This document shows, in pieces, positions 1 to 13,190 of a stretch of DNA of 64,000 nucleotides (position 1 is its first letter; each line of letters starts with the position of its first letter). Source of the stretch: Mobula hypostoma (Eukaryota); contig NC_086118.1 of the NCBI RefSeq assembly GCF_963921235.1, positions 30,008,001 to 30,072,000 of the forward strand. The letters run 5' to 3'. Under the pieces are notes generated by a model that made no database searches, was not told the DNA's origin, and saw only the letters and a program-made list of their open reading frames with translations. Position numbers and translations under genes: made by a program.

Positions 1-780
1 GACCTTAAGCCACCACAGATCCTCACAGACCCATTCTTCTTGACTACTGGAACCACTGACATTGCCCGTGGGCTTCATTTAAGCTTTGAAAGAATTCCTT
101 CGGCCTCCATGCTATCGAGCTCACTGGCAACTTTATCAGAGATGACATAAAGCTTTGTAAAACTTGGGTGTGGCATTTTTACTATTTCACTCTTGATATG
201 CTTGATTTTTCCTTTGCTGTCCTTGAACATATCATCAGGTACCTATCTTAATTTGATTTCAGTTGACTCTATTACAGGGGATGTAGCATGCAAATGGTGG
301 ATGGATCTCCAGTCAAGTTGTAGTTGTCTCAGACAATCACAGCCCCATAATTCTAGCCCTTCTGTTTTTACCATATACAAGCCAAACGTGATTTGGTTGT
401 TGTATTTCACTGTTGCAAATCTCAATCCCACAAGAATTGTCTTTTCTCCAGTATAAGTTCTTAGTCGGATGTCTGCAGGTTTCAGTTCAGTATCTTCGAA
501 ATGCCGTTCAAACTCAGTTTGTGGGATATCTGAAGCAGCTGACCAACTGTCCAATTCTATTTTAATTAATTTGCTATTCATTTCTGGCGTAAGCCCTATT
601 GCTTGTCTCCTGTTAGTTTTCACAATACAGATCTCAAGGCTATCCAGTACTGTGTCACTCTCACAGTATCAGATTTTTCATCAACAGCATGCTCTTTTTG
701 AAACTGCAACTTGGCATTTTATCTTTTTCTCTTTCCTGTGCATTCCACTTATTTTTGTCTGCCTGACATGCTTTTTGTAT

Positions 781-1608
781 TTTGACTTCCACAAAGCCAG
801 ATATTTCACTTCTTTTATGTCTACTGCATTTGTTTTTTTTTCGTCTCAGGTGTGATTCTCGATCTGTTAGAGCCTTGTGATTTCATGTTTGGAATTGTTT
901 CAGCACTCTGCAGTTACTGAGAGGATTTTGGGAAGCATAGGTAACGTGATGGAATCTCAGGGTGGGCAGGTTGCAAGCCAATGTTCGGCTCTATTACGCT
1001 GATTAAAGCTTCCATTGTTCGTCAAAGTGATGAGGGAGAATGACACATGGAGGTGATTGTAAAGGCTTGGAGATCGTTTGGGTGCTTCAGCGCTCTGCAG
1101 TCTCTGGAATACAGAGGGAACATGTGCGGACTTTGTGTCGAGAAGGCTGTGGGATGGGGCTTAAGCTGTTGTTTGAATCCATTTCACAAATCAAAGCTTC
1201 AGTTATTTGCTGCTTAAAGTGATGAGGGAAATTGAAGCATCCAGTTGGGTGCAGAGAGTGAGCACCAATTGCTTGTCTTTTAATGGCTCTGCTATGAAGA
1301 ATGAAAGGTCTGCCTCTGTGTTTGGAGAATGGATGGTTTTCTGAATCTTGGATGTGGACTTGGACTATAGACTTTTTTCAGTTGTATTGTTTTTCTATAT
1401 TCTGTGTGTTTTTCCTGATCTTTCTTGTGTATTTTCAGCAGGAGGAGAGCCCATGTGCCTGTTCTGTTTTGGTTCATTTTTTGTGCGGGGAGGGGAGATT
1501 TTGGGGATTGATGATCGTGCTGCCTTTCTTTTCTTTCTTGGTATCTTGGCTACCTGGAGAACAAGAATTTCAAGTTGTATGTTTTGATGATAAATGAACC
1601 TTTGAACC
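781..1608 (+). mobile_element. Non-coding retroposon inserted in Gypsy gag, with a (TTGAACCT)-type tail
   Basis: Gypsy sequence breaks after tttgtat (774-780) and resumes at tttgtat (1609-1615). The 3' end gataaatgaacctttgaacc resembles the Rex1-type tail near 49430-49508. Confidence 0.6.
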
Positions 1609-2531
1609 TTTGTATGTGTCCTACTTTGTTACATTTTCTGAAAGCGATGCCCTTAAACCTGTTTTGATCCGATATATGTGAGCCCCTGCCACAAAGGTAA
1701 CACAATTCATTCTTCCAGGCAGTTTTCTGTTTAGACTTTGCAATTTTATTCACACTCAATTTCATTCCTGACTGCAACTCAATTGCAGTCAGAAAATTGA
1801 CTGCAATTTCCATTGATACAGCATTTCAACTGCTCTTTTGTGTGTTAGTTATGCTTCAATTGGAGCCATTTTCGAATGCTGTCTTGTAAGATTCCACAAA
1901 CTAAACAATCTCTCAGTATACCATTAAGTCCATCATTGTACTGACAATACTCCGACAATCTCTTCAATTCAGCCACATACGCTGAAATGGACTACCTTTC
2001 CTTTTGATTTCACTTATGAAATCTGAAGTGTTTTGTAATCAACAATGGGTTTGGTTCTAAATTACTTTCAGCAAAGCTCATTGCAGCTGGTTTAGTTGGA
2101 GCAGTTAAACTTATGAGCATTTGTACACTTCACCACCTACCGCAGTACATTGAGCACAACTGGCAAACGCTTTTCATTGTTTTTTTCATTTGATTCAAAA
2201 TACTGCGCAATTTGCTCAGCCAGTTATTTTTTTCTGCAATCAAACACATTTATATTTCTGATCTCGCCAGTCAGTTCTGCTTATTTTTTTAAAAATTCTT
2301 GCATTATCTAGTCTTCACCTTTTCAGAAACTGTAAATTTCATCAGTTTCAGCCTTTTTAAAACTTGACCGTCTCACTCCTTTTGCGAAGAACACGTGCTG
2401 TTCCAAGTATAAAAAAATGCTGAGCTTTGTTTTAAACTCAAACGTCTCATTGCAGGTAGATAGTTGTCTTAGGTTCTTTTAAAAACTTACTTATTGCCAC
2501 TGTTGTTTTGTAACTCCAAAACATAAAACTA

Positions 2532-2581
2532 CCTCATTTTTATTATTTCTGTTTTTGCACTATTTTAAATTTAACTATTTA

Positions 2582-2637
<56 letters not shown>

Positions 2638-2756
2638 TTACTATAATTGATTTACTTATTTTTTCTATAGTAACATGTATTGCATTGTACTGCTGCTACT
2701 GTTAACAAATTTCATGACACATGCCAGTGATATTAAACCTGATTCTGATTCTGATG
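2532..2756 (+). mobile_element. Rex1-type LINE 3' UTR fragment inside the Gypsy LTR
   Basis: Ends atttcatgacacatgccagtgatattaaacctgattctgattctgat, the same tail as near 28940-28985. Confidence 0.65.
2584..2632. repeat. (CA)n microsatellite
   Basis: About 24 perfect AC units, seen directly. Confidence 0.98.
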
Positions 2757-3429
2757 CTAATTGAAAGAAAAAGACACGAGCCCAGGAGAATGTGTATGTT
2801 TTCTTTTTACTTCAGCATGGCATAGGCACATGATGTCATGGCGTAATGACATGCATTTGCATACTTTAACATATAACCCATAATGAATTATGTGAACAAG
2901 AAAGAATACTCAATCAAATAATATATTTGCAATATTACTCAAATTTTACTGATACACTAAATACACAATATAACTCTTTGTCAAATGTCTGTTAATGGGA
3001 AGTGAGTCCTGTTTCTCTTCATTCCCAGCCTCCCACCACAAACTGCCCAGTGTTCAAGTAGTGATTTAAACATGTATTGCAAAATGATTGACATAAATGC
3101 TATGTACACAGAACTCTATGTCTGTAGGCATGCTGCTGGCAAGGAACCTGCCAGTCAAATTCTAATATACATTGTACTATCATGTTTAGTGAGTTATTTC
3201 ATTCCTGAATTTGGTAATATGACAGAAAAGATAAACTACAAACAATGTTTTAATCCTTTGTGTTTTTAATTACCTAGATTGGAGATATTGATGATGCTCT
3301 CACATCCAAAAAAGTGGTTAATTTCCACTGATCTTGCAATCCCATAACAAAACATGTTTTGCTCCCGTCACTGTGGTACAGGCGAACCCTACCTACCCTT
3401 ATCACCATGGGAGGTATTGGTCAGAAACA

Positions 3430-4925
3430 GCAGGCATCATGGTGGCACAGTGGTTAGCGCTGTTACTGCGCAGTGCCAGTGATCCAGATTTGATCCTGAC
3501 TCAGGGTACTGTCTACATCCCCTCCTTGCCCTGCACTTACCATCCAGACCTCCACATACCAACTGTTATCATCCTGATCTTCAGCTTCCCCAACCCCCAC
3601 CTTCCACCAGCTCCCTAGTCATCATGGACTCACCTTCATTACTGAGAAGGTGAGAAGGGCTTAGTGTAAGCTCAGACATGGCAAAGCATTAGGACTGGAT
3701 GGTGTGAGCCCTGAGGTCCTGAAGGAGTGTGCTGAGCAGCTGTGCGGAGTTCATCAGGGCATTTTTAATCTGAGTTTCAGCCTGCAAAGAGCCCGACTGT
3801 GTGGAAAACATCATGTGTGGTCCCCGTGCCCAGGAAGGGCCAAATGAAAATCTTGAATGATTACCATCCAGTGGCCCTGATCTCACACAACATAAACACC
3901 TTAGAGAGGCTGGTCCTGACTCACCTCCAACCCCTGGTCAGATCAGCCCTCGATCCCCTGCAGTATTCCTACCAAGAACTATTGGAGTCTGTGATGCTGC
4001 CATCTAGCTACTGAACAGAACCTATTCCCATTTGAATAAGTAGGATAGCACTATGAGGATCATGTTTTTTGATTTCTCAAGTGCCTTCAATGCCATACAG
4101 CCCTCATTGCTGGGCCCTTGTGGAGGACTTTCTCAAATGGTGCAAGTGATAAGTAAGGCAAAGGAGATGGTGATGGAGTTTAGGAAGACTAAGCCTGCAC
4201 TGCTCCCTGTTACTATTGATGATGAGGACATAGATGTGGTGAGGACCTACAAGTACCTGGGGGTGCACCTGGATGACAGACTTGAATGGAGCACCAACAG
4301 AGGCTGTATATAAGAAGAGGCAGAGTCACTTCTACTTCCTGAGGAGACTGAGGTCCTTTGGACTATGCAGGCCTCTCCTTCACATGTTCTGCCAGTCAAC
4401 ATGGGTGATGCCAACAGGCTCAAACTGATTAGAAAGGCTGACTCTGTTACAGAAATCAAACTGGACACTCTGGAGGCTGGGGTGAATAAAGAACCCTACA
4501 GAAAATCTTGGCAATTCTAGACAATGTTTCTCACTATTTGCATGCCATCTTGACTGAACAGCGGAAAACTTTTAGTAATAGACTAAGACAGCTGTGCTGC
4601 TCCAAAGAGCGCTATATGAGGTCTTTCTTACCCTCAGCCATTAGGCTCTATAAAAAGTCAACCTATAGCCTGGGAAGTGATAACACCCTCCTGTTAGACT
4701 GCTTGAGGTAACTTATTTTTTATTGTTTCTACTTCTCTTCTAATATTTATATATCTGTGCACTTGTAATGCTACTGAGACACCGTAATTTCCTTTGAAAT
4801 CAGTAAAGTATCTATCTATCTATGTCTATCTATATATGTGGGTGCTCCCACATCCCAGAAATATGCCGTTTAGTAATTTAAATGGCTATTCTAAATTGCC
4901 CTGAATGTTGATGGATGGTAGGAGG
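3430..4925 (+). mobile_element. HE1-like tRNA-derived SINE split by a Rex1 insertion
   Basis: Head 3430-3514 (ggtggcacagtggttagc A-box, gatttgatcc degenerate B-box). Body resumes near 4836 (ctcccacatcccagaa...taaattgccct). Confidence 0.6.
3515..4832 (+). mobile_element. Rex1/Babar LINE, 5'-truncated and internally deleted
   Basis: RT motifs WKTSCVVPVP, LNDYHPVAL, LDPLQYSY, MFFDFSSAFNAIQP, YKYLGVHLDDRLEWS, RSFLPSAIRLY; (TATC)n tail. Confidence 0.9.
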
Positions 4926-5604
4926 AAAATTAAGAGGTCTTGATTAAATAGAGTTCTTTTTAAAAGGAGGGTGTTTCTGGTGGACTTGTTTTTTAAGTCT
5001 ATATTCTGAGCTTTCCCTACTTCGAGATAGAACTGAGAAGCAACTATTCCATGTAAAATGTTTCAATCGTCTCAACAAGTTAATTGCTATTGTATGTTTT
5101 TTTTCACCACGGGAAGCAAAGATGACAAAAATCTTTTGCATGCATACAACTGCAACAAAATAGACTCTAGATGATTTTCTGGTTTGTTAATTTTGCTCAC
5201 TGCTTTCGACTTTGACTTGATGTTTTCAACAGCTTTGAGAACATGGAGAGTGAAATCAATTTAGTTTGATTATATTGTATGAAAATGAGATATTGCCTTC
5301 CTTTGGCAAGCTAAACCTGCAGTGTATAAAGCACTAACACCCAATCAGAATGATGGAGAGAGTAAAAAAAATGGCAAAGTAAGACTCTGATATGCTCTTC
5401 ATGTCAACAACACGTTCTACAGCTATTATTGAGGAGAAGGAAGCCTATACTTGTAGGGGAGAGGGAAAGAACTCCAAAGTTTACTTGAAGTGACATAGAG
5501 GACTTGGTGCAAGAAATGAAAGTCAGCGGGGGAGTTCCCTGCATGTTAAGAGACAGCACTGGATTAGCCTGGTATTAGGTAGCTGCAGGGGTATCCACTG
5601 AATG

Positions 5605-6097
5605 TTATGGAGAATGAACACTACACCACAGAAATAGACCATGCCAAAATTGTAAACATCCGGTCCCATCAACTTGCACCGGGACTATAGCTCTCCATAC
5701 CCCTCTCATCTATTTACCTAACCAAATTTCTCTTAAATAATTTCAATCAAACCCACATCTACCATTTCCACTGGTGGCTCATTCCACACTCTCACCACCC
5801 ACTGACTGAAGTAATCCCCCCTCAAGTTCCCCTTAAACATTTCACATTTCTCATTAAACTAAGGCCTCTAGTTCTGGCCTCATTCAACCTCAGTGGAAAA
5901 TGTCTGCTTGCAATTACCCTATCTATACCCCTCATAATTTTGTATACCTCTATCAAATCTCCCCTCATTCTATGGAATAAAGTCCAAACCTATTCAATCT
6001 ATCCCCATAACTCATGTATTCAGATCCAAGAAATATTCCTTGTAATTCCCTGTAATTGAAAGAGTTTTCTGCACTCTTTCAATCTTATTGACATCCT
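5605..6097 (-). mobile_element. CR1-type LINE 3' fragment
   Basis: Reverse complement matches the CR1 ORF2 C-terminus and 3' UTR seen at 21830-22320. Confidence 0.8.
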
Positions 6098-6259
6098 GTC
6101 AACAGAAGTCAACAGAAATTCTGCTGTTTCATACCGATACTTGAACCACACACTCTTGTTTTTACCCTCATTGCCTCACATTTATTTTCACTTTTTCTCA
6201 CATGTACACTTTCTTTCACCTCTCACAATCTCAGAATGATGCTGCTCTTCCATTCCCTG

Positions 6260-7710
6260 TCTCTTTCACTTCCTTGCCCACATACCTCCGTCATCTCCAT
6301 TTAGACAAAGGCAGCAGGAAGGGCACCTGTACAAGAGGAAGCCTTCCTGGCCTGTATCGTGGAGACAATCATGTACCTAAAGGGTAGATGGGCAGTTGAC
6401 CTGCAAGATATTTAAAAAAAAACATCTCATAATCTAACTCCAACATGACAGTTCCAAGCTGCAAAAGGGGGAGGATTGGTCATGGAGCTAGGGATCAAGG
6501 GATCCTATTCTGGTTAGCTGCCGGTTACCAGTGGTGTTCCACAGTGCTTCGTGTTGGAGCTGCTTCTTTTTACATTGTACATCAACCATTTGAATTATGG
6601 AATAGGTGGCTTTGTGGCTAAGTTTGCTGACGATACGAAGATAGGTGGAGGGGCCAGTAGTGCTGAGGAAATGGTGAGTCTGCAGAGAGACTTGGATAGA
6701 TTGGAAAAACGGGCAAAGAAGTGGCAAATGAAGTACAATGTTGGAAAGTGTATGGTTATGCACTTTGGCAGAAGTAATAAACGGGCAGACTATTATTTAA
6801 ATGGGGAAAGAATTCAAAGTTCTGAGATGCAACGGGACTTGGGAGTCCTCATACAGGATACCCTTAAGGTTAACCTGCAGGTTGAGTCGGTAGTGAAGAA
6901 GGCGAATGCATTGTTGGCATTCATTTCTAGAGGAATAGAGTATAGGAGCAGGGATGTGATGTTGAGGCTCTATAAGGCGCTGGTGAGACCTCACTTGGAG
7001 TACTGTGGGCAGTTTTGGTCTCTTTATTTAAGAAAGGATGTGCTGATATTGGAGAGGGTACAGAGAAGATTCACTAGAATGATTCCAGGAATGAGAGGGT
7101 TAACATATGAGGAACGTTTGTCTGCTCTTGGACTGTATTCCTTGGAGTTTAGAAGAATGAGGGGAGACCTTATAGAAACATTTCGAATGTTGAAAGGCAT
7201 GGACAGAGGGGATGTGGCAAAGTTATTTCTCATGATGGGGGAGTCTAGTATGAGAGGGCATGAATTAAGGATCGACGGGCACCCATTCAGAACAGAAATG
7301 CGAAGAAATTTTTTTAGTCAGAGGGTGGTGAATCTATGGAATTTGTTGCCACGGGCAGCAATGGAGGCCAAGTCGTTGGGTGTATTTAAGGCAGAGATTG
7401 ATAGGTATCTGAGTAGCCAGGGCATCAAAGGTTATGTTGGGATGGCGGGGGAGTGGGACTAAACGGGAGAATAGATCAGCTCATGATAAAATGGCAGAGC
7501 AGACTCGATGGGCCGAATGGCTGACTTCTGCTCCTTTGGCTTATAAAAACCCTCGGCCACAGAAGTGCTAACAGAAATCTCCAAAGACCTCATTACTGGT
7601 AAGATAGGCTACAGCTGGGAACAGTGTGAAAGACTGGCCAGGATAAAGGACTTTCGCAAGCTGCTATCAGGGGCCTATGCCTCAGTAGGGGTGATCGTTA
7701 TGTAAGTAAG
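6260..7710 (+). mobile_element. Degenerate RTE-clade LINE 3' end, split by the CR1 at 6489-7544
   Basis: Left piece ends ...ggaggattggtcatg (WIGH-like motif). Right piece encodes a GYSWEQCERLA...GLCLS-like C-terminus and ends in a (TAAG)n tail. Confidence 0.6.
6489..7544 (+). mobile_element. CR1/HER1 LINE, 5'-truncated; RT C-terminal ORF 6551-7462
   Basis: KFADDTK, QRDLGV, LYKALVRPHLEYC, FFSQRVVNLWN motifs; 3' UTR gatgggccgaatggctgacttctgctcct. Confidence 0.95.
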
Positions 7711-8094
7711 CATTTCATAACCTGCTGGGTATTGTCTCCAATGATAGCCATTTTCCTTAAATCAATAGTTAAACCCATCATTATAATCCCTGCTGCTGCA
7801 TCAATATTAGTATGTTTAGGCTGCAGTTTACGAGTACAGATTATCTTTGGTTTTGTCTTTGTAACATAACAGGATAATTCTCTTGTTTCCCCCCATTCCT
7901 AGAAAATGAATACATAGAGCAGAAAGGTTCATTGGAGAGTGAAGAGGAGGAAGCAAAGCTAATAATGATAAAGAGCGCAGTGTATTATTTTGCCTGACAC
8001 TCCACGATATTCCCTCAAGAAATGAGGCTGTAGAGGAGGAGGATTTTATGTGAAAAGGACATGAGTCACAGTGGCTGCTTTGTCACATGTAAGA

Positions 8095-9200
8095 GGGGAG
8101 CCAGTGTGGGGAATGGAAGAAGAGAGAAGGGGTAGGGGTAAGGGGAAGGGGGAAAAATTATCGTAAGTTAGAGGAGTCAATGTTCACGTCGACAGGTTGG
8201 AGGCTACCCAGAAGGAATACAAGATGTTGCCCCTCTAACCTGAGAGTGGAGGAGACCATGGACTGAAATGTCGGATTGGGAATGGGGACTGGAATTTACC
8301 TGGTTGGCCACTGGCAAATGCTGCTTGTTGCAGACAGAGTGATGGTGCTTGAGAAAGTGGATGCCAGGTCTCTCCAATATAGGGGAGACTGCACTGGTAG
8401 CATCAGATACAGTAGATAACCCCAGCAGACTTGCAGACTGCCTTACCTGGAAGGACTGTTTGGGGCCCTGAATAGTGGTGAGAGAGGGGGTGAATGGGCA
8501 GGTGTAACATTTCTTCTGCTTGCAGAGGTAAGTACCAGGTGGGAGATCCGTGGGGAGTGACGAGTGGATAACAGTATCACAGCGAGAGTGATCCCTGCAG
8601 AAAGTGGAGAGTGGTTGGGGGGTGGGGGGAGGTGATGATGGGTTTGCTGGTAGGATTCTTTTGAAGTTAGCAGTAGTTGTGGAGAATAATGTGTTGGATG
8701 CTCGTGGGGTGGTAGGTAAGGACAAGAGGAACTCTATCCCTGTTTAGGCAGTGTGAAAGTAGGGTGAGGGCAGATTTCTGGGAAATGGAGGAGATGAGGG
8801 TGAGCACAGCACCATTGGTGGCGGAAGCGAAATCCTGTTATTTAAAGAAAGAGACCATCTCTGATGTTCTGGAAAGGAAAGCCTCATGCTGGGGACAAAT
8901 GCAGTGGAGGCGAAGGCATTGAGAAAAGGGAGTGGTGTGTTACAGGTGACAGGGTTGGATAAACTATAGTCAAGATATCTGTATGTGTCAGTAAGTTTAT
9001 AAGAGATACCGGTAGGCAGTTTATGTCCGGAGATGGAGACAAAGAGATTGAGAAAGGGAGAGTGGTGTCAGAATGGACCAAATAAATTTTAGGGCAGGGT
9101 AGAAATTGGAGGTAAAGTTGATGAAATTTGATGAACTCAACATGGGTGCATGAAGCAGCACCAATTGAGTTGTCAATATAGCACATTGGGGAGCATTGCC
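8095..9200 (-). mobile_element. Penelope-like element fragment (RT C-terminus, linker, GIY-YIG endonuclease)
   Basis: CYIDN (~RYIDD) in ORF 8884-9186; LPPGTYLCKQKKCYTCPF...TIQGPKQSFQVRQ Cys-rich linker in ORF 8204-8725. Confidence 0.85.
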
Positions 9201-12200
9201 ATGATATCTAGACTTCTTTTCCCTTCACTTAAGAACTACTGGTTCATGAAATATTTACAGTAGAGACATGTGTTCTTGCTGTTTCTGTGAAATGTTACCA
9301 AGTTCCAGTTAGAGGTTAGTTACCATCACATGGGAGCTGGTAGAAAATCTGAAGGAAAAATGACATGCCATGAAGGAGCATCTAGACTTCAGCATCAAAC
9401 AAGGAGATGCCACTGGTGAACAGGTCACTTTTCTCACTGGGCATCGAGGTGCAGAGACTTGCCCCATCCCCTTTCCCCAGTGAAATTCCTTTTCATCATG
9501 AGAGGAATCTGGTTCTGTTGTAGAGATGGTTCATTCTGAAAAGGGTAAAGTCAACAAAGCAACAGACAGCTGTGATCCGAAGTCTATCAACTGTATGAGC
9601 ACCAGGTATGGGTGTCAGGACAATGATGGTCAGGAAGTCACAGCAACATTGTCTATCAACTCCCTGGAGAAATTGTCAGGTGTACCAATTTAGAATACGT
9701 ATATCACTCATCACAGGGGCATTAAGTAATTTCCTGACCTCTCAGCCAGAACCATTGTGTCCTATCAGTCACTGTTGTTTCAGTTTCAGCTGGGCAGCAG
9801 CCTGAATCTGACCAGCTCTGTCAAGAACTTCTTATGGGTAATCTAATCAGGAACGTACATCTTTCCAATATCTTATGATATAAGAAAGCTCAAGGCTGGG
9901 CATACTACTGAACGGTGTTTTAATTTATAATTTTTGCACAAATTGATTTTTTTTTGTCATCAGTAAGTGATATTGAGTATACTGATGCTTTTGAAATGCA
10001 CCTTCATTTAGGGAAATCAACATCATTCATTTTGCAATGATAAGCCACATTGGCACGGCAGCTGCTGACGTTGCTATAGACCCTGCTTCTGGCAGAAAAG
10101 TTACTGAGGCACATGATAGCAGTTGGATGCTAAAGAAAGCAGCTTGAGTTTAGCACTTTTTTTGCAGTTTAGGAAGTGTTTGAACAGCCTGTAGTGAGCA
10201 CTGAATCTGCTCAGTAAAATCTCCTGGTATCATCAGCGTGTCCCAAAGCAAAATGGTGTGAACGTGGTTGTATTGTCTTTTCCATAGAGGTTTTAGATTA
10301 CACCATGGGGCTTCAAATTATAATTTTTAAAAAAGGACATGTGTGATGGGAAGCTGGAGAAACACCTCTATAGTCTGCAGAAATGTCTCTAGAAAGTTCC
10401 AGATAGGTTGCTTCTGAGGTGCCCCTGAATAAAAAGCAGACTCTCCTTTGAACTCCCTACGCCTTGTGCATTTGTAATAAAATAATCTGTGCACAAAGTA
10501 AAAAGTTTCTAAACTAGAAATTTTGGTCATCAAAATATTCAGTTAAGAAATCAACAAATGAGCAATGTTAAATACTTTAATGGCAAGAGCAACTAACTTT
10601 GACTTTTCAATCAATATATTGAGTTTGCTTTGTTATGTGTGGGTTAAATGTCCAATTTTAAAGTTGTAGCTTTGAGCTTCCCTGTAGCATGTGTATTAGC
10701 ATATGTAGTGCACGCACTAGTGGCAGGAATCAATAATTGTTGCTTTGGCTTGTTATGCCTGAAAGCTTCATATTATGTGATTAACTGTTCTCTGGGCTGC
10801 AGCTATTGTTTATAGCATTCCTTGAGGAGTCCTTGGATAAAGAGCGTGCAGCTTTTGACTTTATTTGCAGGCATAATGTGTAAAAAGGACCTTCTTGGTT
10901 GTTAGGAATCTATAGAGAACACATAACTCAAAAGCCACATAGCACAAAGGATTTTCAAATGCAACAATAAATGAGAAAGTTGTTATCCACTTTGATTTCT
11001 AGACTAAACTGTAACTGAGAGTCATTCAGAATGAGCTGCCACCCCACATGGAAACAGTGAACTACTATGGCCTCTTGATACTCTCTAATGTAATGGAGTC
11101 ATCTGGCACACCTCCTCATCTTCTCTTTCTCTATCCCTGAACTGTACACTTGGGGATATCAGAAAGTGAGTTGCTGTAAAAGCTGTCTCAAGAGTTGCCT
11201 GCCCTTTCCAACAAGGTTATTAATAGTGTCTGCTGCTGCCTGTCCAAACCCATCGGGGCTGCAGCTGATGGTTGTGTGATGATTTCAGATGGAAAATGAT
11301 TTCTGCACAGTATTAAAACAATGAACACAAACGCGTGTCAAATCTCTGCTTTTTAATTTGAATACTGTATCTAGATATTACAATATAATATGACACTGGA
11401 ATTCTTAAAATGGACAATGTAGCTACAGTGGAGGTGAGGTGTAGTTCATTTAAAATTAATAGTACTGCCTTAAAAATTAACCACAAACTTGAATTTTCAT
11501 AATTTATTCATAGTACAACATCAATTACTGCAATGCCCTATATGTGAATTAGAACAAAAAATGTTTGCTCCCTTTTTTGGCCAGGATATTTAATCATGTC
11601 CTACTCTAGTGTGCATCCATATATTGGAAGATCTGTAGCTTAACGAAATGTGACAGTATAATATTAAGAATAAGACAAAATAAAATAAACATGTTTAGGG
11701 AAAGGTATGAATAGAACTCTGCAAATGATCTTCAAAGATTGAGTTGTATAATTTTTATACAGATTCCTTTAACAGGTGTTAAAATCCTTGTTTTATTACA
11801 TTTAACATTTTATAACTTTTTAATTGCCTTTCGTTGTAGGCCGAGTGTGCATTTTATGTATATTCTATGCTACAGGAGCTTTATAACATGTTGAAAACAC
11901 GTGGAAATAATGGCAGATCTGCATTTTAGGGCTTTGCTCTGGAATATAAAGATAATTTGTGGCCGTTGTCTGCTTTATATAGGTATTAGCCTTCTGCACG
12001 TGTACAAGGGTAAAAGTTCTCTACACTGGCTGATGGTGTGCGAAGCAAGCATTGAGCTTACTCCATTACAAGTCCTCAGCAGATGTTGCAGCAAAATTGT
12101 GGCCATCAAAATAAAAACACATGCATTTGAAGATTTATATGGAACCATGAAGAAAACAGAAATCTGTCCTATCTCCAAAGTACTCCAGAACTACCATGAT

Positions 12201-12600
12201 AGCTTTCTTCTGTCATGCTTCATCTTAACTGTAAATGTGTTGCAAATGAGCACTGGGTTAAAATGAATAATCACTGAGTATGTAATTTTAATCCATGCGA
12301 CTAAGGTTCAAATACATATATGTTCTTTGAAGAATTTTAAATTAAGTTACCCAACCTACTGCTGTGCATGAGGTTAGCAGAATTTATCCTCTATTAGGCA
12401 TATCCTCAACTGTGTACTGTTTATAGGTGCACAGCAAAATCATTAGCAGAATTCTTCAAATAAGTGATGAAAGTTTTGAAATTAAACATAAATGTTCCTT
12501 TCATTCCATTGACTATAAGGCACATATATAAAACGTACTGAATTCATAAAAGTCACATTTACACCTCATTATAACCTGATATTGCACAATCCATATTTAG

Positions 12601-13190
12601 ACCATAAGATATTGGAGCAGAATTAGGCCATCTGGCCCATCGAGTCTGCACCGCCATTCAATCAGGGCTGATCCTTTTTTTCTGTCTCCTCCTCAACTCC
12701 AGTTCCCGGCCTTCTCCCCATAACCAAATAAGAATCCATCAATCTCTGCCTTAAATACACCCAACAACGTGGCCTCCACAGCTGCATGTGGGAACAAATT
12801 CCACAAATTCACCACTCTTTGGCTAAAGAAATTTCTCTGCATCTCTGTTTTGAAAGGGCACCCCTCTATCCTGAGCTGTACCCTCTTGTTCTAGACTCTC
12901 CCACCATGGGAAACATCCTTTCCACATCTACTCTGTCTAGGCCTTTCAACATTCAAAAGGTTTCAATGAGATCCATCCTCATCCTTCAGAATTCCAGCAA
13001 GTACAGACCCAGAGTCATCAAATGTTTCTCGTATGATAACCCTTTCACCCCGGAATCATCCTCGTGAACCTCCTCTGGACCCTCTCCAATGCTAGCACAT
13101 CTTTTCTAAGATCAGGGGCCCAAAACTGTTTACAATACTCAAGGTGAGACCACACTAGTGCCTTATAACGCCCCAATATCACATCCTTTT
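12601..13190 (-). mobile_element. CR1/HER1 LINE 3' fragment
   Basis: ORF 13045-13248 has YKALVWSHLEYC...LERVQRRFTRMIPG; 3' UTR matches other copies. Confidence 0.9.

Larger units (their letters stand above)
1..2970 (-). mobile_element. Degenerate Gypsy LTR retrotransposon (5' LTR, PBS, gag, protease), runs off the left window edge; interrupted at 781-1608 and 2532-2756
   Basis: Minus ORF 243-623 is aspartic-protease-like (IELDSWSAAS ~ MELDTGSAVS; LRTYTGEK). ORF 1550-1813 has a zinc knuckle (CYLCGRGSH...RKCNKVGHIQR). LTR-like block 2501 (TG) to 2970, preceded by cttattgcca, a CpG-decayed reverse complement of the PBS tggcgacgag. Confidence 0.85.

Noticed and set aside
7903-7997. Exon-like frame NEYIEQKGSLESEEEEAK after a pyrimidine tract
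   Set aside because: No good donor, runs into a stop, no recognised homology, and sits among degenerate repeats.
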